From Candidatus Omnitrophota bacterium (GTDB lineage: Bacteria; Omnitrophota; Gorgyraeia; Gygaellales; Profunditerraquicolaceae), in NCBI GenBank assembly GCA_043800555.1, contig JAZDMX010000008.1, positions 5,340 through 69,339 of the forward strand: DNA of 64,000 nt, in the 5' to 3' direction. Numbering within the stretch: position 1 is the first letter of the stretch; every line of letters begins with the position of its first letter. Below, piece after piece: positions 1 through 10,036 of the stretch. Position numbers and translations under genes: made by a program. The notes under the pieces were generated by a model. That model was not told where the DNA came from and did no database searches. It was given only the letters and a program-made list of their open reading frames with translations.

Positions 1-3000
1 TAGCCTCCCGGATAACACTCAGGCCGTCGTAGATGCTGGTGGTAGTAACTGAACCACTGGTTAAAGCCACCCTTTTCCCTTCTCCGTCATATTTATAGGT
101 TTGTTTAACGCTAGGAGATGTAAAGCTAGTCAACTGGTTCCGGGAATCAAAGGTGAACTTGGTGGTTTTGCCGGAGGCGAGCTGGGAGATGAGGTTACCG
201 TTAGCGTCATAAGTATAGGTGATTTGGCCCAAGATAGGATCGATTTCCTTGGTTAACTGATCTAAGGAATTATAGGCGTAAGTAGCCTTTTTTCCAGCCT
301 TAACCATGCTGGTGCGGTTACCTGCCGCATCATAGGCATAGCTTATCTGATAGCTTAGGCTGGTAGAAGACCTGTTTTCTTTGGTAAGCTCTCCTCTTTT
401 GCTATAACTATAGCTTATAGAGCCGCCCGGGAAGGTTGTTTTAGTGCGCCTGCCGGCCAGGTCATAGCTGTAGCTGAATTGATTAATAGTCGTGTAGGGG
501 GCCACAGACCGGGCATTGGAGAGTTTGGTTAGCCTATTCAAGGAATTATAAGTATAGCTGGCCTTAGTATTATTGGGATAGGTTAATGTAACGATGTTAC
601 CGCGCGAGTCATAGGCGTATTTAGTGATTTTACCTTGAGGGTCGGTAACGGCAAGGATGCGGTTATCGGCGTCATAGGCGTATTTGGTTACTTTTTTATC
701 CGGGTCAGTCATGCTTAAGCGGTTACCGGCTTTATCATAGGTATAGGTAATGGTGTCAACTGCCAGCGGGCCGTTAATTGATAAGAGCCTGCCGAGTTTA
801 TCGTAGGTATAGGATGTTTTGCCCCGGGAATCAGCCATGGCCAGGCGCCTGCCCATTGCATCGTAGGTATAAGTTACCGCGCCTTCTGGGTAAGCGGCTT
901 TAATCAGGCGGTTCAGGGAATCGTAAGTGTAGCTGGTAGCTTTGCCTAAAGCGTCGGTTTTAGCGGTAAGGTTACCGGCTGCGTCATAGGCGTATCGGGT
1001 TTTGTTGCCTAAAGCGTCGGTTTTAAGAACAAGGCGGTTCAAGGAATCATATCTAAAGGTAGTCGAATTATTGTTTTGGCCGGTTACGGTTATAAGGTTA
1101 CCTTCGGTGTCGTAGGCGTAAGTTATTGTCTTGCCCAGTTCGTCGGTAGATGAAATAACTTTTTGGTCCTGGTTGTAGGCATAACGGGTAATGTTTGAGT
1201 TCTGATCAGTGGCGCTTACGCAGTTTCCATCTGCGTCATACGCATATTTTACCTTAGAGCCATCAGGATAAGTAACCTGGATAAGCCGGTTAAGGGAGTC
1301 ATAGGCGAATTTGGTTATGTTTTTAGCGGGGTCCTGGGTTTGGATGAGGTTACCGATAGAATCATAGGTGAAATAAGTAATTGCCTTCAGGGGGTCGCGG
1401 GTAATCGTCAGATTCCCTTTGGTATCGTAGCCGAAATTTGTTACTTTACCGAGCTGGTTGGTTGAGGCAATCGGCAGGCCGTAGGCGTTATAAGCGTAAC
1501 TTAAGCTTGAGCCGTCCGGATAAACAACCTTGGTTAAGTTGCCTTTTGCGTCATAAGTATAGAGGGTGGACCTGCCAAGGAAATCAGTTGCTGACTTGAT
1601 CTGGTTAAAGGTTGTTTCGTAAGTAAAGAGCGTGGAATTCCCCAAACTATCGGTAACTTTGGTTAAGTTGCCGAATGAATCATATTCCATTTGGGTAACC
1701 CTGCCCAGTTCGTCGGTGCGGCTGGTCAGGTTAAAGTTAGAGTCCCAGGCGGAGAGTTTCGTTTTATTTAGAGGGTTAATGATTTTGGCAATTAAGAGGT
1801 CCTTGTTGTAGTAATAGACGTTTTGGTTGCCTTTGGAGTCAGAGACTACGGTTTTGGAGTTTGTTGGATCAAACTTAAGTTTCCGGTAGTAGAGATTATT
1901 ATCCAGGCTTGAGATGGTGCAGCGGCTGGAAGAATCATAAGTAAAATAGGCGGATTCTCCTTTGGGGCCGGTTTTCTTGGTCAGGTTGTGTTTTGAGTCG
2001 TATTTATAGGTAGTGGGGTTGCCGGGCGGGTCAGTAACGCTGATCAAGTTATTCGATGTATCGTAAGCATAATTAAAGTATCGTCCGCTAGGGTCAGTAA
2101 TGCGGGTAAGCAGGTTTTTAGAGTTATAGGCCAGGTTTATTAAGCGGCCTGCGGTATCAGTGATCTTAATAAGGTTTTTTTGAGCGTCGTAAGTGAATGT
2201 TATAGTGTTATTATTACGGTCTTTAACTTTAAGGAGCTTGCCGGTTAAGTCAAAAATATACTGCTTGCCGTCTTTTTTACGCCAGATAAAGTTGCTTGAG
2301 TTTTTGATTAGGGTGGAATAGTCGCCGTATTGGGATAGGTATGCGCCGTCTCCATTATAAACAAAAATATAGGCCCTCCCCTCTTCAGCAAGTATCTTTA
2401 CGGCGGAGTTAGGCGTATTCTGTGTCAGGTATATATTGTAATTGTGCGTCCAACCGCAGCCTAAAGGGCCGGCTGCTTTGGAGAGGCTGTTATAGCTGCG
2501 GGTAAATTCGAAGTTAAGGCTTCTTCCCGGCAGCTTGAAATCGGTGGTAATGATGTACATATTGCCGTTGACCAGGTTGACCGGATCTCCGGTTGTCTGA
2601 TCCGAGTCAGCCGGCTTGCCATAGTAGTATTCATCAAGGGGGTTTGATTTGGTTACCTGGGTAATTGTGAATTGGGCTTTAGCGGGAGTTAAATCGAGGT
2701 TACCGGCGTTATCTTTTGCAAAAACCATAAAGTTGTGTGGGCCTAATGAGAGATTCTTAAAAGTCATTGAGGTGGCAGTGGTATAATATGTGCTTGAGTC
2801 CATCACATAATAATATCCGGCAATGCCTTGCTCTCCTTCTATACCATGCCAGATAAAGGTAACGTTTTGTGTGCGGATGTCACCGGAAGGACCGGAATCG
2901 ATTATGGTATCAAGGGTTTGAGGCGGGCTGAATACCATAAGGCTTCCGCTAGTGTTACTAAAATTAGCGGTTTTAGTTATATAAGTGGTTTTAGCGCCAC

Positions 3001-3535
3001 TGTAAGATATTTCATCGTAAGTATATGTTCCGCTAAAATTAAAGCTGGCATTCTTAATTAAAACGCTGGCAGATGTTATATTGCCTGAACAGGAAATGTT
3101 AGTTTTTTCGGTGATAGTAGCGTTAGCGGTATTGCTTGTGCCTGTTTCGGTTTGAGTAAAGACAAGCGAATTCCCGGTAACCTTTCCATTTAGCGCCCCT
3201 AGGAGATTTACGTTCAGCAAACTACCTGTTTTTGATCCACTAATTGTTCCATTAGCGGACTGGGTTACGTTAAGCCCGGTTAAGACATAAAAGGAAGGCA
3301 GGCCTTTTTCATCGCGCTCAATGACGGTTTCATAAGGGGAAAAGGGCTGAACAGTCCTGATTTTTACATGTACAGGTATGTTTGAGTAGCTGTCGTTAAC
3401 ATACCAAATGCCTGATAAATCAGTATTGGCAGCTAAGGATAAACTGGGGGCGATAAGAGAGAAAATGAAAAGAAAAGTAATCAGCAACCAAGAGGCAAAA
3501 GAGAATTTTTTGAGATCGGGGAATGTTTTCCTCAA
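1..3535 (-). CDS. RHS/YD-repeat protein, N-terminal ~1178 aa only; the C-terminal toxin domain lies beyond the window edge. The ORF track does not list it because its stop is outside the window.
   Basis: Minus-strand translation is continuous from a TTG start at 3533-3535, which has an AAGGAGGG Shine-Dalgarno 5 nt upstream and an in-frame TAA further upstream. The predicted N-terminus MRKTFPDLKKFSFASWLLITFLFIFSLIAPSLSLAANTD is a signal peptide. A GDPVNLVNGNMY...RSYNS core-start motif follows, then dozens of YD repeats such as KYAYDADNRILAVTDPQGKITKYAYDSRGN, visible in the recurring tacgcctatgac pattern. Confidence 0.85.
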   Translation of the reverse strand, partial: MRKTFPDLKKFSFASWLLITFLFIFSLIAPSLSLAANTDLSGIWYVNDSYSNIPVHVKIRTVQPFSPYETVIERDEKGLPSFYVLTGLNVTQSANGTISGSKTGSLLNVNLLGALNGKVTGNSLVFTQTETGTSNTANATITEKTNISCSGNITSASVLIKNASFNFSGTYTYDEISYSGAKTTYITKTANFSNTSGSLMVFSPPQTLDTIIDSGPSGDIRTQNVTFIWHGIEGEQGIAGYYYVMDSSTYYTTATSMTFKNLSLGPHNFMVFAKDNAGNLDLTPAKAQFTITQVTKSNPLDEYYYGKPADSDQTTGDPVNLVNGNMYIITTDFKLPGRSLNFEFTRSYNSLSKAAGPLGCGWTHNYNIYLTQNTPNSAVKILAEEGRAYIFVYNGDGAYLSQYGDYSTLIKNSSNFIWRKKDGKQYIFDLTGKLLKVKDRNNNTITFTYDAQKNLIKITDTAGRLINLAYNSKNLLTRITDPSGRYFNYAYDTSNNLISVTDPPGNPTTYKYDSKHNLTKKTGPKGESAYFTYDSSSRCTISSLDNNLYYRKLKFDPTNSKTVVSDSKGNQNVYYYNKDLLIAKIINPLNKTKLSAWDSNFNLTSRTDELGRVTQMEYDSFGNLTKVTDSLGNSTLFTYETTFNQIKSATDFLGRSTLYTYDAKGNLTKVVYPDGSSLSYAYNAYGLPIASTNQLGKVTNFGYDTKGNLTITRDPLKAITYFTYDSIGNLIQTQDPAKNITKFAYDSLNRLIQVTYPDGSKVKYAYDADGNCVSATDQNSNITRYAYNQDQKVISSTDELGKTITYAYDTEGNLITVTGQNNNSTTFRYDSLNRLVLKTDALGNKTRYAYDAAGNLTAKTDALGKATSYTYDSLNRLIKAAYPEGAVTYTYDAMGRRLAMADSRGKTSYTYDKLGRLLSINGPLAVDTITYTYDKAGNRLSMTDPDKKVTKYAYDADNRILAVTDPQGKITKYAYDSRGNIVTLTYPNNTKASYTYNSLNRLTKLSNARSVAPYTTINQFSYSYDLAGRRTKTTFPGGSISYSYSKRGELTKENRSSTSLSYQISYAYDAAGNRTSMVKAGKKATYAYNSLDQLTKEIDPILGQITYTYDANGNLISQLASGKTTKFTFDSRNQLTSFTSPSVKQTYKYDGEGKRVALTSGSVTTTSIYDGLSVIREA

Positions 3536-3611
3536 AGACCCCCTCCTTTTTTAAAGATGGCTTTAGTTTAGCAGGTAAGGGTAAATTTTCAAGATATATT
3601 TTTAGGAAAAT

Positions 3612-3705
3612 AGGGGACGTTTCTACTTTTCTCACGCTCTGGCTGCCGGAAAAGTAGAAACGTCCCCTATTTTCTATCAGGCTCGAGAAAAGTAGAAACG
3701 TCCCC
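3612..3705. repeat. Palindromic intergenic repeat, locus 1. Left arm 3612-3631 (AGGGGACGTTTCTACTTTTC), 17-nt loop, right arm 3649-3667, and an extra isolated right arm at 3686-3705.
   Basis: The arms are exact reverse complements (GGGGACGTTTCTACTTTTC / GAAAAGTAGAAACGTCCCC). The same 20-mer pair recurs at four other loci in the window. Confidence 0.9.
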
Positions 3706-3712
3706 ATTTTCT

Positions 3713-6700
3713 TTATACCACCAGCGACAGGCGTTCTTCTCCCAGGAGGTCTTCGATTTCTTTAATTAATTTCTCTGAAGGCGATACGTAAAATCCTTCG
3801 CCAACTACCAACTGGACCCGGGATTTTGCCGGGGTGTCCAAATTCAGGTAAACCGGGATGTTCCCCCGCGAAGCGGCAAGCAGCCCTTTTAAGGTCTCAA
3901 AGACATTTTCCCTTAGCCCCGAGAGGTTAATGCTCATCGCGGTAATGAGCTTGTAAATTTCATCAAACGGGAAAAGGTCGTTAACCAGTATTTTAGGCGT
4001 GTCCTCTTTCAGGCTCAAGGTGCCTCTTACCAAAACTACGCTATTGGGCTGGATATAGCGGGAAACTTTCTGGAAGGAGCGCGGGAAAACCAGCAGTTCT
4101 ACCGAGCCATTTAAATCCTCCAGTTTTAATATCGCCATCTTCTCCTGTTTTGCGCGCGTGATAGTGTGTTTAACTTTGCAGATTAATCCGACGATTTTTA
4201 CTTCGTCTTCGTCCTTATGCTGGCGCAAATCACTGATTGAAGATGAAACAAAGCGTTTTAATTGCCGGGCGTAACGCGCCAAAGGATGGCCGCTTACATA
4301 AAACCCGAGCATTTCCTTTTCAAACGCCAATAGCTGCGGCTCCGGCCACTCGTGGATTTGGGGCGTTTCGTTTATAATCTCTTTAAAGCCGTTAGCGGAT
4401 AAGCCCTGGTCAAAGAAAGAAAGCTGCCCTTTGGCTTTCTCTTTTTGATTGCGGGAAGCCGCTTCCAGGATCAAGCTTAAGGAGGCAAACATCTTTGCCC
4501 GCGATATTTTAAAAGAATCCAGCGCCCCGCACTTTATCAGGCTTTCTAAAACCTTGCGGTTGGCTAAGCGTAAATCCACCCTCTGGCATAAATCTTCCAG
4601 GCTGGCGAATTTCCCGGATTTCCTGGCTTCGACAATCGATTCAACAGCCCCTACCCCGACATTTTTGATTGCCAGCAATCCGAAGCGGATGGTTTTTTCG
4701 TCTTCGACCTTGAACAAAGCGCCGCTTTCGTTTATCTCCGGGGGCGAAACCGTTATGCCCATGCGCCCGGCTTCCGCCACGTATTCAACGATTTTGTCCG
4801 TATTATCGCGCTCGGAAGTAAGCAGCGCGCTCATAAATTCCACCGGGTAATTGGCTTTCAGATAAGCGGTGCGGTAAGAAATAAGCGCGTAGGCGGTGCT
4901 ATGGCTCTTGTTGAAGCCGTACCCGGAAAAATATTCGATCAGGTCAAAAATCTTGGTGGCGGTGGATTCTTTGATGCTGTTTTTAAGGCAGCCGTGGATA
5001 AAATTGCTCCTTTGCTTCTCCATAACCTCGGGAATTTTTTTGCCCATAGCTTTACGCAAGATGTCCGCCTGGGCGAGGCTAAAGCCGCCTAAAAGGGAGG
5101 CAATTTGCATGATCTGTTCCTGATAAACCATAATGCCGTAGGTTTCCTTAAGCACCGGCTCGAGCTTGGGGTGTTCGTATCTAATGGGGATAAGGTTATG
5201 CTTGCGTTTCATAAAATCGTTAAGCATCCCCGAACCAATCGGCCCCGGCCGGTATAAAGCCAGCAAAGCGATCAAGTCCTCGAAACGTTCGGGCTCCAGT
5301 TTCTTAAGCAAATCGCGCATCCCGGAGCTTTCAACCTGAAAGACCCCCATAGTTTGCGCCGAGGCCAGGAGCTTGTAGGTGTTTTTGTCGTCGAGAGGAA
5401 GTTTCCGGACCTCGATATCTTTGCCCCGGGTTTCCTTGATTATTTTTACTGCCTGGTCTATGACGGTAAGCGTCCTTAAGCCCAGAAAGTCGACTTTCAA
5501 AAGGCCGATCTTTTCCAGTATCCCCATGCTAAAGCCGGTAGTTATCTGGCCGTCGCTGGTTTTAAAAAGCGGGCTGTAGTTGCTCAAGGGCTTATCGGCA
5601 ATCACAACCCCCGCCGCGTGCACCGAAGCGTGGCGGTTTAACCCCTCCAGGGCCAATCCCGTAGTAATCAGCTTAGTTACCTCGGGGTCGTTCTTGTAGA
5701 GGTTATTTAACTCCGGTTCGCTCTCAAGGGCTTTCTTGAGCGTCATATCGATTTCCGGCGGGATCATTTTGGCGATCCGGTCGACATCAGCGTAACTCAT
5801 TGCCATGACCCTGCCCACATCGCGCACAACCGCGCGCGCCTGCATCGTCCCGAAAGTAATGATCTGGGCAACGTTTTCCTGGCCGTATTTTGCGGTAACG
5901 TAATCAATGACCTCTTGCCTTCTTTCGTAACAAAAGTCTATATCGATATCCGGCAGGCCCATTCTTTCCGGGTTTAAGAACCTTTCGAAAAGCAGGCCGT
6001 ATTTTAAAGGGTCCAGGTCGGTAATCCCCAAAAGATAGCTCACCAGGCTGCCTGCGGCCGAGCCCCTTCCCGGGCCGACCGGGATTCCTTTGCTTTTGGC
6101 GTAATGGATGAAGTCCCAGACGATGAGAAAGTAACTGACAAACCCCATATCCTTGATGATCTTAAGCTCATGTTCCAGCCTGGCCGTAACCTCATCGCTT
6201 ACCTTGGCGTATTTTTCCTTGATCCCGGCATCGCAGAGTTCTTTTAAGTATTCTTCCTTTGTTTTGCCGACCGGGGGCTCATATTTAGGCAGGTGAACTT
6301 TCTTGAAATCCAGCTCCAGGTTGCAGCGGGAAGCTATTTCGCAGGTATTGGAAATGGCCTCGGGGGTTTCCTTAAAAAGCGTTTTCATCTCCTGCGGGGA
6401 TTTAAAATAAAATTCATCGGTTTGAAAACGCATCCGGTTGGGGTCTTCCAGCGTAGCCTGGGTTTGGATGCACAAAAGCGCTTCGTGGGAAACCGCTTTA
6501 TCGCGCGTCAGGTAATGCACGTCGTTTGTGGCGGCTAAAGGCAGGTTTAATTCTTTGGCTATCCGGATTAATCCGGCATTGACGCCTTTTTGCTCGGGGA
6601 TTGAATTCTCCTGGATTTCCAGGTAAAAATTATCCTTGCCGAAAATATTCCGGTAGGTGTCTGCCAATTTTAGCGCGTCATTAAAGCGTTTTTGCTGGAT

Positions 6701-7147
6701 TAATGAGGGGATCTCTCCCTTCAGGCAGGCGCTTAGGCCGATTAACCCCTGGGAATACTGGCTAAGTATTTCTTTATCGATCCTTGGCCGGTAATAGAAG
6801 CCTTCCAGGTAAGCGGCTGAAACCAGTTTCATTAAATTATGGTAGCCGGTTTCATCGCGGGCCAGGAGTATTAAATGGTAGGCGGCTTCGTCTATGCCGC
6901 GGGGCTCCTTGTTGAAACGGCTGTTGGGGGCGACATAAGTTTCGCACCCGATGATGGGCTTAATGCCGTTTTTTAAGGCTTCCAGGTAAAAGTCAACCGC
7001 CCCGAACATATTGCCATGGTCGGTAATGGCCAGGGAATCCATATTGTATTGTCTGGCGAGGCTTAATAATTCGGGAATGCGGCAGGCGCCGTCAAGAAGG
7101 CTGAATTGCGTGTGCAGGTGCAAATGGACGAAATCGCTATGCGGCAT
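3713..7147 (-). CDS. dnaE: DNA polymerase III alpha subunit
   Basis: 1144 aa. N-terminal PHP domain HSDFVHLHLHTQFSLLDGA, and the polIIIa core and OB-fold architecture of DnaE family proteins throughout. Confidence 0.95.
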   Translation of the reverse strand: MPHSDFVHLHLHTQFSLLDGACRIPELLSLARQYNMDSLAITDHGNMFGAVDFYLEALKNGIKPIIGCETYVAPNSRFNKEPRGIDEAAYHLILLARDETGYHNLMKLVSAAYLEGFYYRPRIDKEILSQYSQGLIGLSACLKGEIPSLIQQKRFNDALKLADTYRNIFGKDNFYLEIQENSIPEQKGVNAGLIRIAKELNLPLAATNDVHYLTRDKAVSHEALLCIQTQATLEDPNRMRFQTDEFYFKSPQEMKTLFKETPEAISNTCEIASRCNLELDFKKVHLPKYEPPVGKTKEEYLKELCDAGIKEKYAKVSDEVTARLEHELKIIKDMGFVSYFLIVWDFIHYAKSKGIPVGPGRGSAAGSLVSYLLGITDLDPLKYGLLFERFLNPERMGLPDIDIDFCYERRQEVIDYVTAKYGQENVAQIITFGTMQARAVVRDVGRVMAMSYADVDRIAKMIPPEIDMTLKKALESEPELNNLYKNDPEVTKLITTGLALEGLNRHASVHAAGVVIADKPLSNYSPLFKTSDGQITTGFSMGILEKIGLLKVDFLGLRTLTVIDQAVKIIKETRGKDIEVRKLPLDDKNTYKLLASAQTMGVFQVESSGMRDLLKKLEPERFEDLIALLALYRPGPIGSGMLNDFMKRKHNLIPIRYEHPKLEPVLKETYGIMVYQEQIMQIASLLGGFSLAQADILRKAMGKKIPEVMEKQRSNFIHGCLKNSIKESTATKIFDLIEYFSGYGFNKSHSTAYALISYRTAYLKANYPVEFMSALLTSERDNTDKIVEYVAEAGRMGITVSPPEINESGALFKVEDEKTIRFGLLAIKNVGVGAVESIVEARKSGKFASLEDLCQRVDLRLANRKVLESLIKCGALDSFKISRAKMFASLSLILEAASRNQKEKAKGQLSFFDQGLSANGFKEIINETPQIHEWPEPQLLAFEKEMLGFYVSGHPLARYARQLKRFVSSSISDLRQHKDEDEVKIVGLICKVKHTITRAKQEKMAILKLEDLNGSVELLVFPRSFQKVSRYIQPNSVVLVRGTLSLKEDTPKILVNDLFPFDEIYKLITAMSINLSGLRENVFETLKGLLAASRGNIPVYLNLDTPAKSRVQLVVGEGFYVSPSEKLIKEIEDLLGEERLSLVV

Positions 7148-7166
7148 GTCGTAGCTATGGGCTAAT

Positions 7167-8708
7167 TTATTCCCACTCGATAGTCGCGGGAGGCTTGGAA
7201 GAAATGTCGTAGACTACCCTATTTACGCCTTTTACTTCGTTAATTACGCGGTTTGAGATCTTTTCCATAATTTCATAGGGAAGCTTGACCCAGTCGGCAG
7301 TCATCCCGTCGAAACTGGAGACGCAGCGGATGGCTACGACATTCTCATAGGTGCGCTCATCCCCCATAATCCCTACGCTCTTTATCGGAAGCAATATGGC
7401 GAAAGATTGCCAGATTTGTTCGTATAAGCCGGCTCCCTGTATTTCATCAATAACCCGTTTATCGACCTCGCGCAGGATATTCAGGCGTTCTTCGGTGACC
7501 TCTCCGATAATCCTGATGGCTAAGCCCGGGCCCGGGAATGGCTGGCGCCGGATTATCGAGTCGGGCAGGCCCATTTCCCTGCCGATGGCGCGGACTTCAT
7601 CTTTGAATATTTCGCGTAGCGGCTCAATGAGCTTCAGCTTCATATGCGCCGGAAGGCCGCCTACATTGTGGTGGCTCTTTATTTTGCGGCTGGGCGCCCC
7701 GCTGGGCGAAATTGATTCGATTACATCCGGATAAAGCGTCCCCTGGGCAAGGAACTTCACCCCTTTTACCTTATCGGCTTCTTCCTCGAAAGTCTTGACG
7801 AATTCATCGCCGATTATTTTCCTTTTTTCTTCCGGGTCGGTAATTCCTTTAAGGCGGGCGAGGAATTTCTTGCTCCTGTCGACATAGCCCAAATTCAGGT
7901 GGTATACGTCGCGGAAGACTTTCTTTACTTGTTCGGGCTCGTCTTTCCTAAGCAAGCCGTTATTGATAAAGATGCAGCGGGAATTCTTGTTGATGGCCTT
8001 ATGCAGCAATAAAGCCGCTACCGAGGAATCAACCCCTCCGCTTAACCCTAAAACGACCTTATCATTTCCGATTTGTTTCTTTAAGTTGTCAATCGTTTCT
8101 TTGATGAAAGACTGCATTGTCCAGCGGCTTAAGCATCCGCATATCTTAAAGAGGAAATTTCCCAGGATCTGGTTGCCTTTTTCCGTATGCGTTACTTCCG
8201 GGTGGAACTGCACGGCGAAAATCTTCTTTTTGGCATTGGAGATCGCCGCCACCGGCGTGTTCATCGTGTGGGCGCTAACGCGGAACCCCGCGGGGACCTT
8301 GGTTACGAAATCCCCGTGGCTTGCCCAGCAGGTGAAATTCCCCGGGATATGGCTGAACAGGTCCCGGTTGTCGTCGATAAATAGCTCGGCCTTGCCGTAT
8401 TCCCGGCCTTTGGTGTGCTTGACTTTTCCCCCCAGCATCTCCGAGATGACCTGCATCCCGTAACAAATTCCCAGTATTGGCACCCCCAGCTTGAAAATTC
8501 CTTTGTCCGGGACAGGGCTCTTCTTATCTACCACCGAAGCCGGGCCTCCGGAGAAAATTAAGCCCTTGGGGAGCATCGCGGCTATTTCTTTTGCCGGGGT
8601 ATTATAGGGGATTATCCTGGAGAAAACCTTATTTTCCCTGACCCTGCGGGCAATAAGTTGTGTATATTGCGAACCAAAATCCAAAATAAGCACTGTTTGC
8701 CTGCCCAT
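7167..8708 (-). CDS. guaA: GMP synthase (glutamine-hydrolysing)
   Basis: 513 aa. Class I glutamine amidotransferase domain with catalytic Cys, then the ATP-pyrophosphatase SGGVDSSV P-loop and GMP synthase C-terminal domain. Confidence 0.95.
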   Translation of the reverse strand: MGRQTVLILDFGSQYTQLIARRVRENKVFSRIIPYNTPAKEIAAMLPKGLIFSGGPASVVDKKSPVPDKGIFKLGVPILGICYGMQVISEMLGGKVKHTKGREYGKAELFIDDNRDLFSHIPGNFTCWASHGDFVTKVPAGFRVSAHTMNTPVAAISNAKKKIFAVQFHPEVTHTEKGNQILGNFLFKICGCLSRWTMQSFIKETIDNLKKQIGNDKVVLGLSGGVDSSVAALLLHKAINKNSRCIFINNGLLRKDEPEQVKKVFRDVYHLNLGYVDRSKKFLARLKGITDPEEKRKIIGDEFVKTFEEEADKVKGVKFLAQGTLYPDVIESISPSGAPSRKIKSHHNVGGLPAHMKLKLIEPLREIFKDEVRAIGREMGLPDSIIRRQPFPGPGLAIRIIGEVTEERLNILREVDKRVIDEIQGAGLYEQIWQSFAILLPIKSVGIMGDERTYENVVAIRCVSSFDGMTADWVKLPYEIMEKISNRVINEVKGVNRVVYDISSKPPATIEWE

Positions 8709-8740
8709 TTACCCGATCTCCTTTTATTGTCCGCGTTGCT

Positions 8741-9901
8741 TTATTTGCCCATGCCGACTCTTTGGCCAACCTGGAACATCTTTCCTTCTGTTTGTATGGA
8801 AGGGGCGATAATGATTTCTACGTCGTGCATTTCTTTTAAGTTTGAGGCGCCTAATGAGCCCATGGAAGTTTTAAGCGCTCCCATTAAATTTTGCGAACCG
8901 TCGTCAACCCTTGCCGGGCCGAAGAGGATTTCCTTTAATGAACCGGTTGTGCCGACCTGGATGCGGGTGCCGCGGGGCAGGTTCACATGCGAAGTGGCCA
9001 TTCCCCAGTGATAACCGCCTCCCGGGGCTTCGTTTGCCCGGGCGAAACTGGAGCCTATCATTACGGCGTCCGCGCCGCAGGCAAAGGCCTTGCAGATATC
9101 CCCGCCGCGGTTCATTCCACCGTCGGTAATTATGGGGATGTATTTGCCCGTCCTTTTATAATAAAAATCGCGCGCGCCTGCCGCATCCACCGTTGCGGTT
9201 ACCTGGGGCACGCCTATGCCTAAGACTCCCCGGGTTGTACAGGCTGCTCCCGGGCCGACGCCGATAAGCAGGCCGGAGGCGCCGGTTTCCATAAGCTCTA
9301 CGGTAGTCTCGTAAGTTACGCAATTACCGAGTATGACCGGGATTTTGGCGGATTTGCAGAATTTATGGAGGTCCAGGGTTTTATATTCCTTGGCGATATG
9401 CTTGGTGGTTGTAACCGTTGACTGCACTACGAATATGTCCGCTCCGGAAGCAACCGCAAGCTTGGAAAATTTTTCGGCGTTTGCCGGGATGCAACTGACT
9501 ACGGCAATGGCCTTTTTCTTCTTTATTTCCGAAACTCTCTTGGAGATTAATTTTTCATTTATAGGCCTGGTGTATAAGGATTGGATTAACTGGGTAGCTT
9601 TTTGGGGGCTGGACTGCGCGATTTCCGCCAATACCGTCTCGGGGTTTTCGTAACGCGTCTGGACGCCGTCAAGGTTTAATACCGCTATGCCGCCCAGGCC
9701 CGACATTTCAATGGCAAACTTAACATCAACAACGCCATCCATTGCCGCGGCCAGGATCGGGACTTTGAATTTTTTACCGCCTATTTGAAGGGAAATATCA
9801 ACTTCATTGGGATTAACTGTCTGCGCCCCGGGCACAAGCGCTATCTCATCAAAGCCATAGCATCTGCGGGCCCGCCTGCCTATGCCTATCCACTCTGCCA
9901 T
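8741..9901 (-). CDS. IMP dehydrogenase / GMP reductase family protein lacking the CBS pair
   Basis: 386 aa. IMPDH TIM-barrel motifs are present (GVGPGAACTTRGVLGIGVPQ with the active-site Cys) but there is no CBS-domain insertion. It lies immediately upstream of guaA in the same orientation. Confidence 0.75.
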   Translation of the reverse strand: MAEWIGIGRRARRCYGFDEIALVPGAQTVNPNEVDISLQIGGKKFKVPILAAAMDGVVDVKFAIEMSGLGGIAVLNLDGVQTRYENPETVLAEIAQSSPQKATQLIQSLYTRPINEKLISKRVSEIKKKKAIAVVSCIPANAEKFSKLAVASGADIFVVQSTVTTTKHIAKEYKTLDLHKFCKSAKIPVILGNCVTYETTVELMETGASGLLIGVGPGAACTTRGVLGIGVPQVTATVDAAGARDFYYKRTGKYIPIITDGGMNRGGDICKAFACGADAVMIGSSFARANEAPGGGYHWGMATSHVNLPRGTRIQVGTTGSLKEILFGPARVDDGSQNLMGALKTSMGSLGASNLKEMHDVEIIIAPSIQTEGKMFQVGQRVGMGK

Positions 9902-9993
9902 TTTAAGACTCTCCTCTGATATATAAGTTGTTTGTTATCAATAAGTTGCGGATTATTGCCTTATTTTGATAAAAGGTTACGAAAGAATAGTAA

Positions 9994-10022
9994 ATTTTAC
10001 ACCCAAGCCGCTATTTTGTCAA
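9994..10022 (-). promoter_or_regulatory. Sigma70-like promoter: TTGACA, 17-nt spacer, TAAAAT
   Basis: On the minus strand the sequence reads cgcTTGACAaaatagcggcttgggtgTAAAATttac, about 90 nt upstream of the IMPDH-like start. It lies immediately downstream of the palindromic repeat at 10037-10111. Confidence 0.55.
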
Positions 10023-10036
10023 GCGAAATAAAAAAA

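Noticed and set aside
3612-3705. Whether the palindromic repeats could be a CRISPR array
   Set aside because: There are only 2-3 units per locus, the units are in inverted rather than direct orientation, there are no spacer-like unique segments beyond a 15-nt loop, and there are no cas genes.
3420-3707. 95-aa minus-strand ORF from the track, upstream of the RHS gene
   Set aside because: It is made up almost entirely of the palindromic repeat and the RHS ribosome-binding-site region, in a different frame from the real RHS start. The peptide ...VETSPIF... is the same repeat-derived translation seen at other copies of the element.
4449-4850. Numerous plus-strand ORFs of 60-240 aa, for example 4449-4850, 7963-8463, 36427-36771, 46629-47099 and 61296-62012
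   Set aside because: All lie antisense within well-supported minus-strand genes (dnaE, guaA, groEL, lysC, ftsH and others). They have low-complexity A/P/R/S-rich translations typical of antisense frames and show no independent signals.
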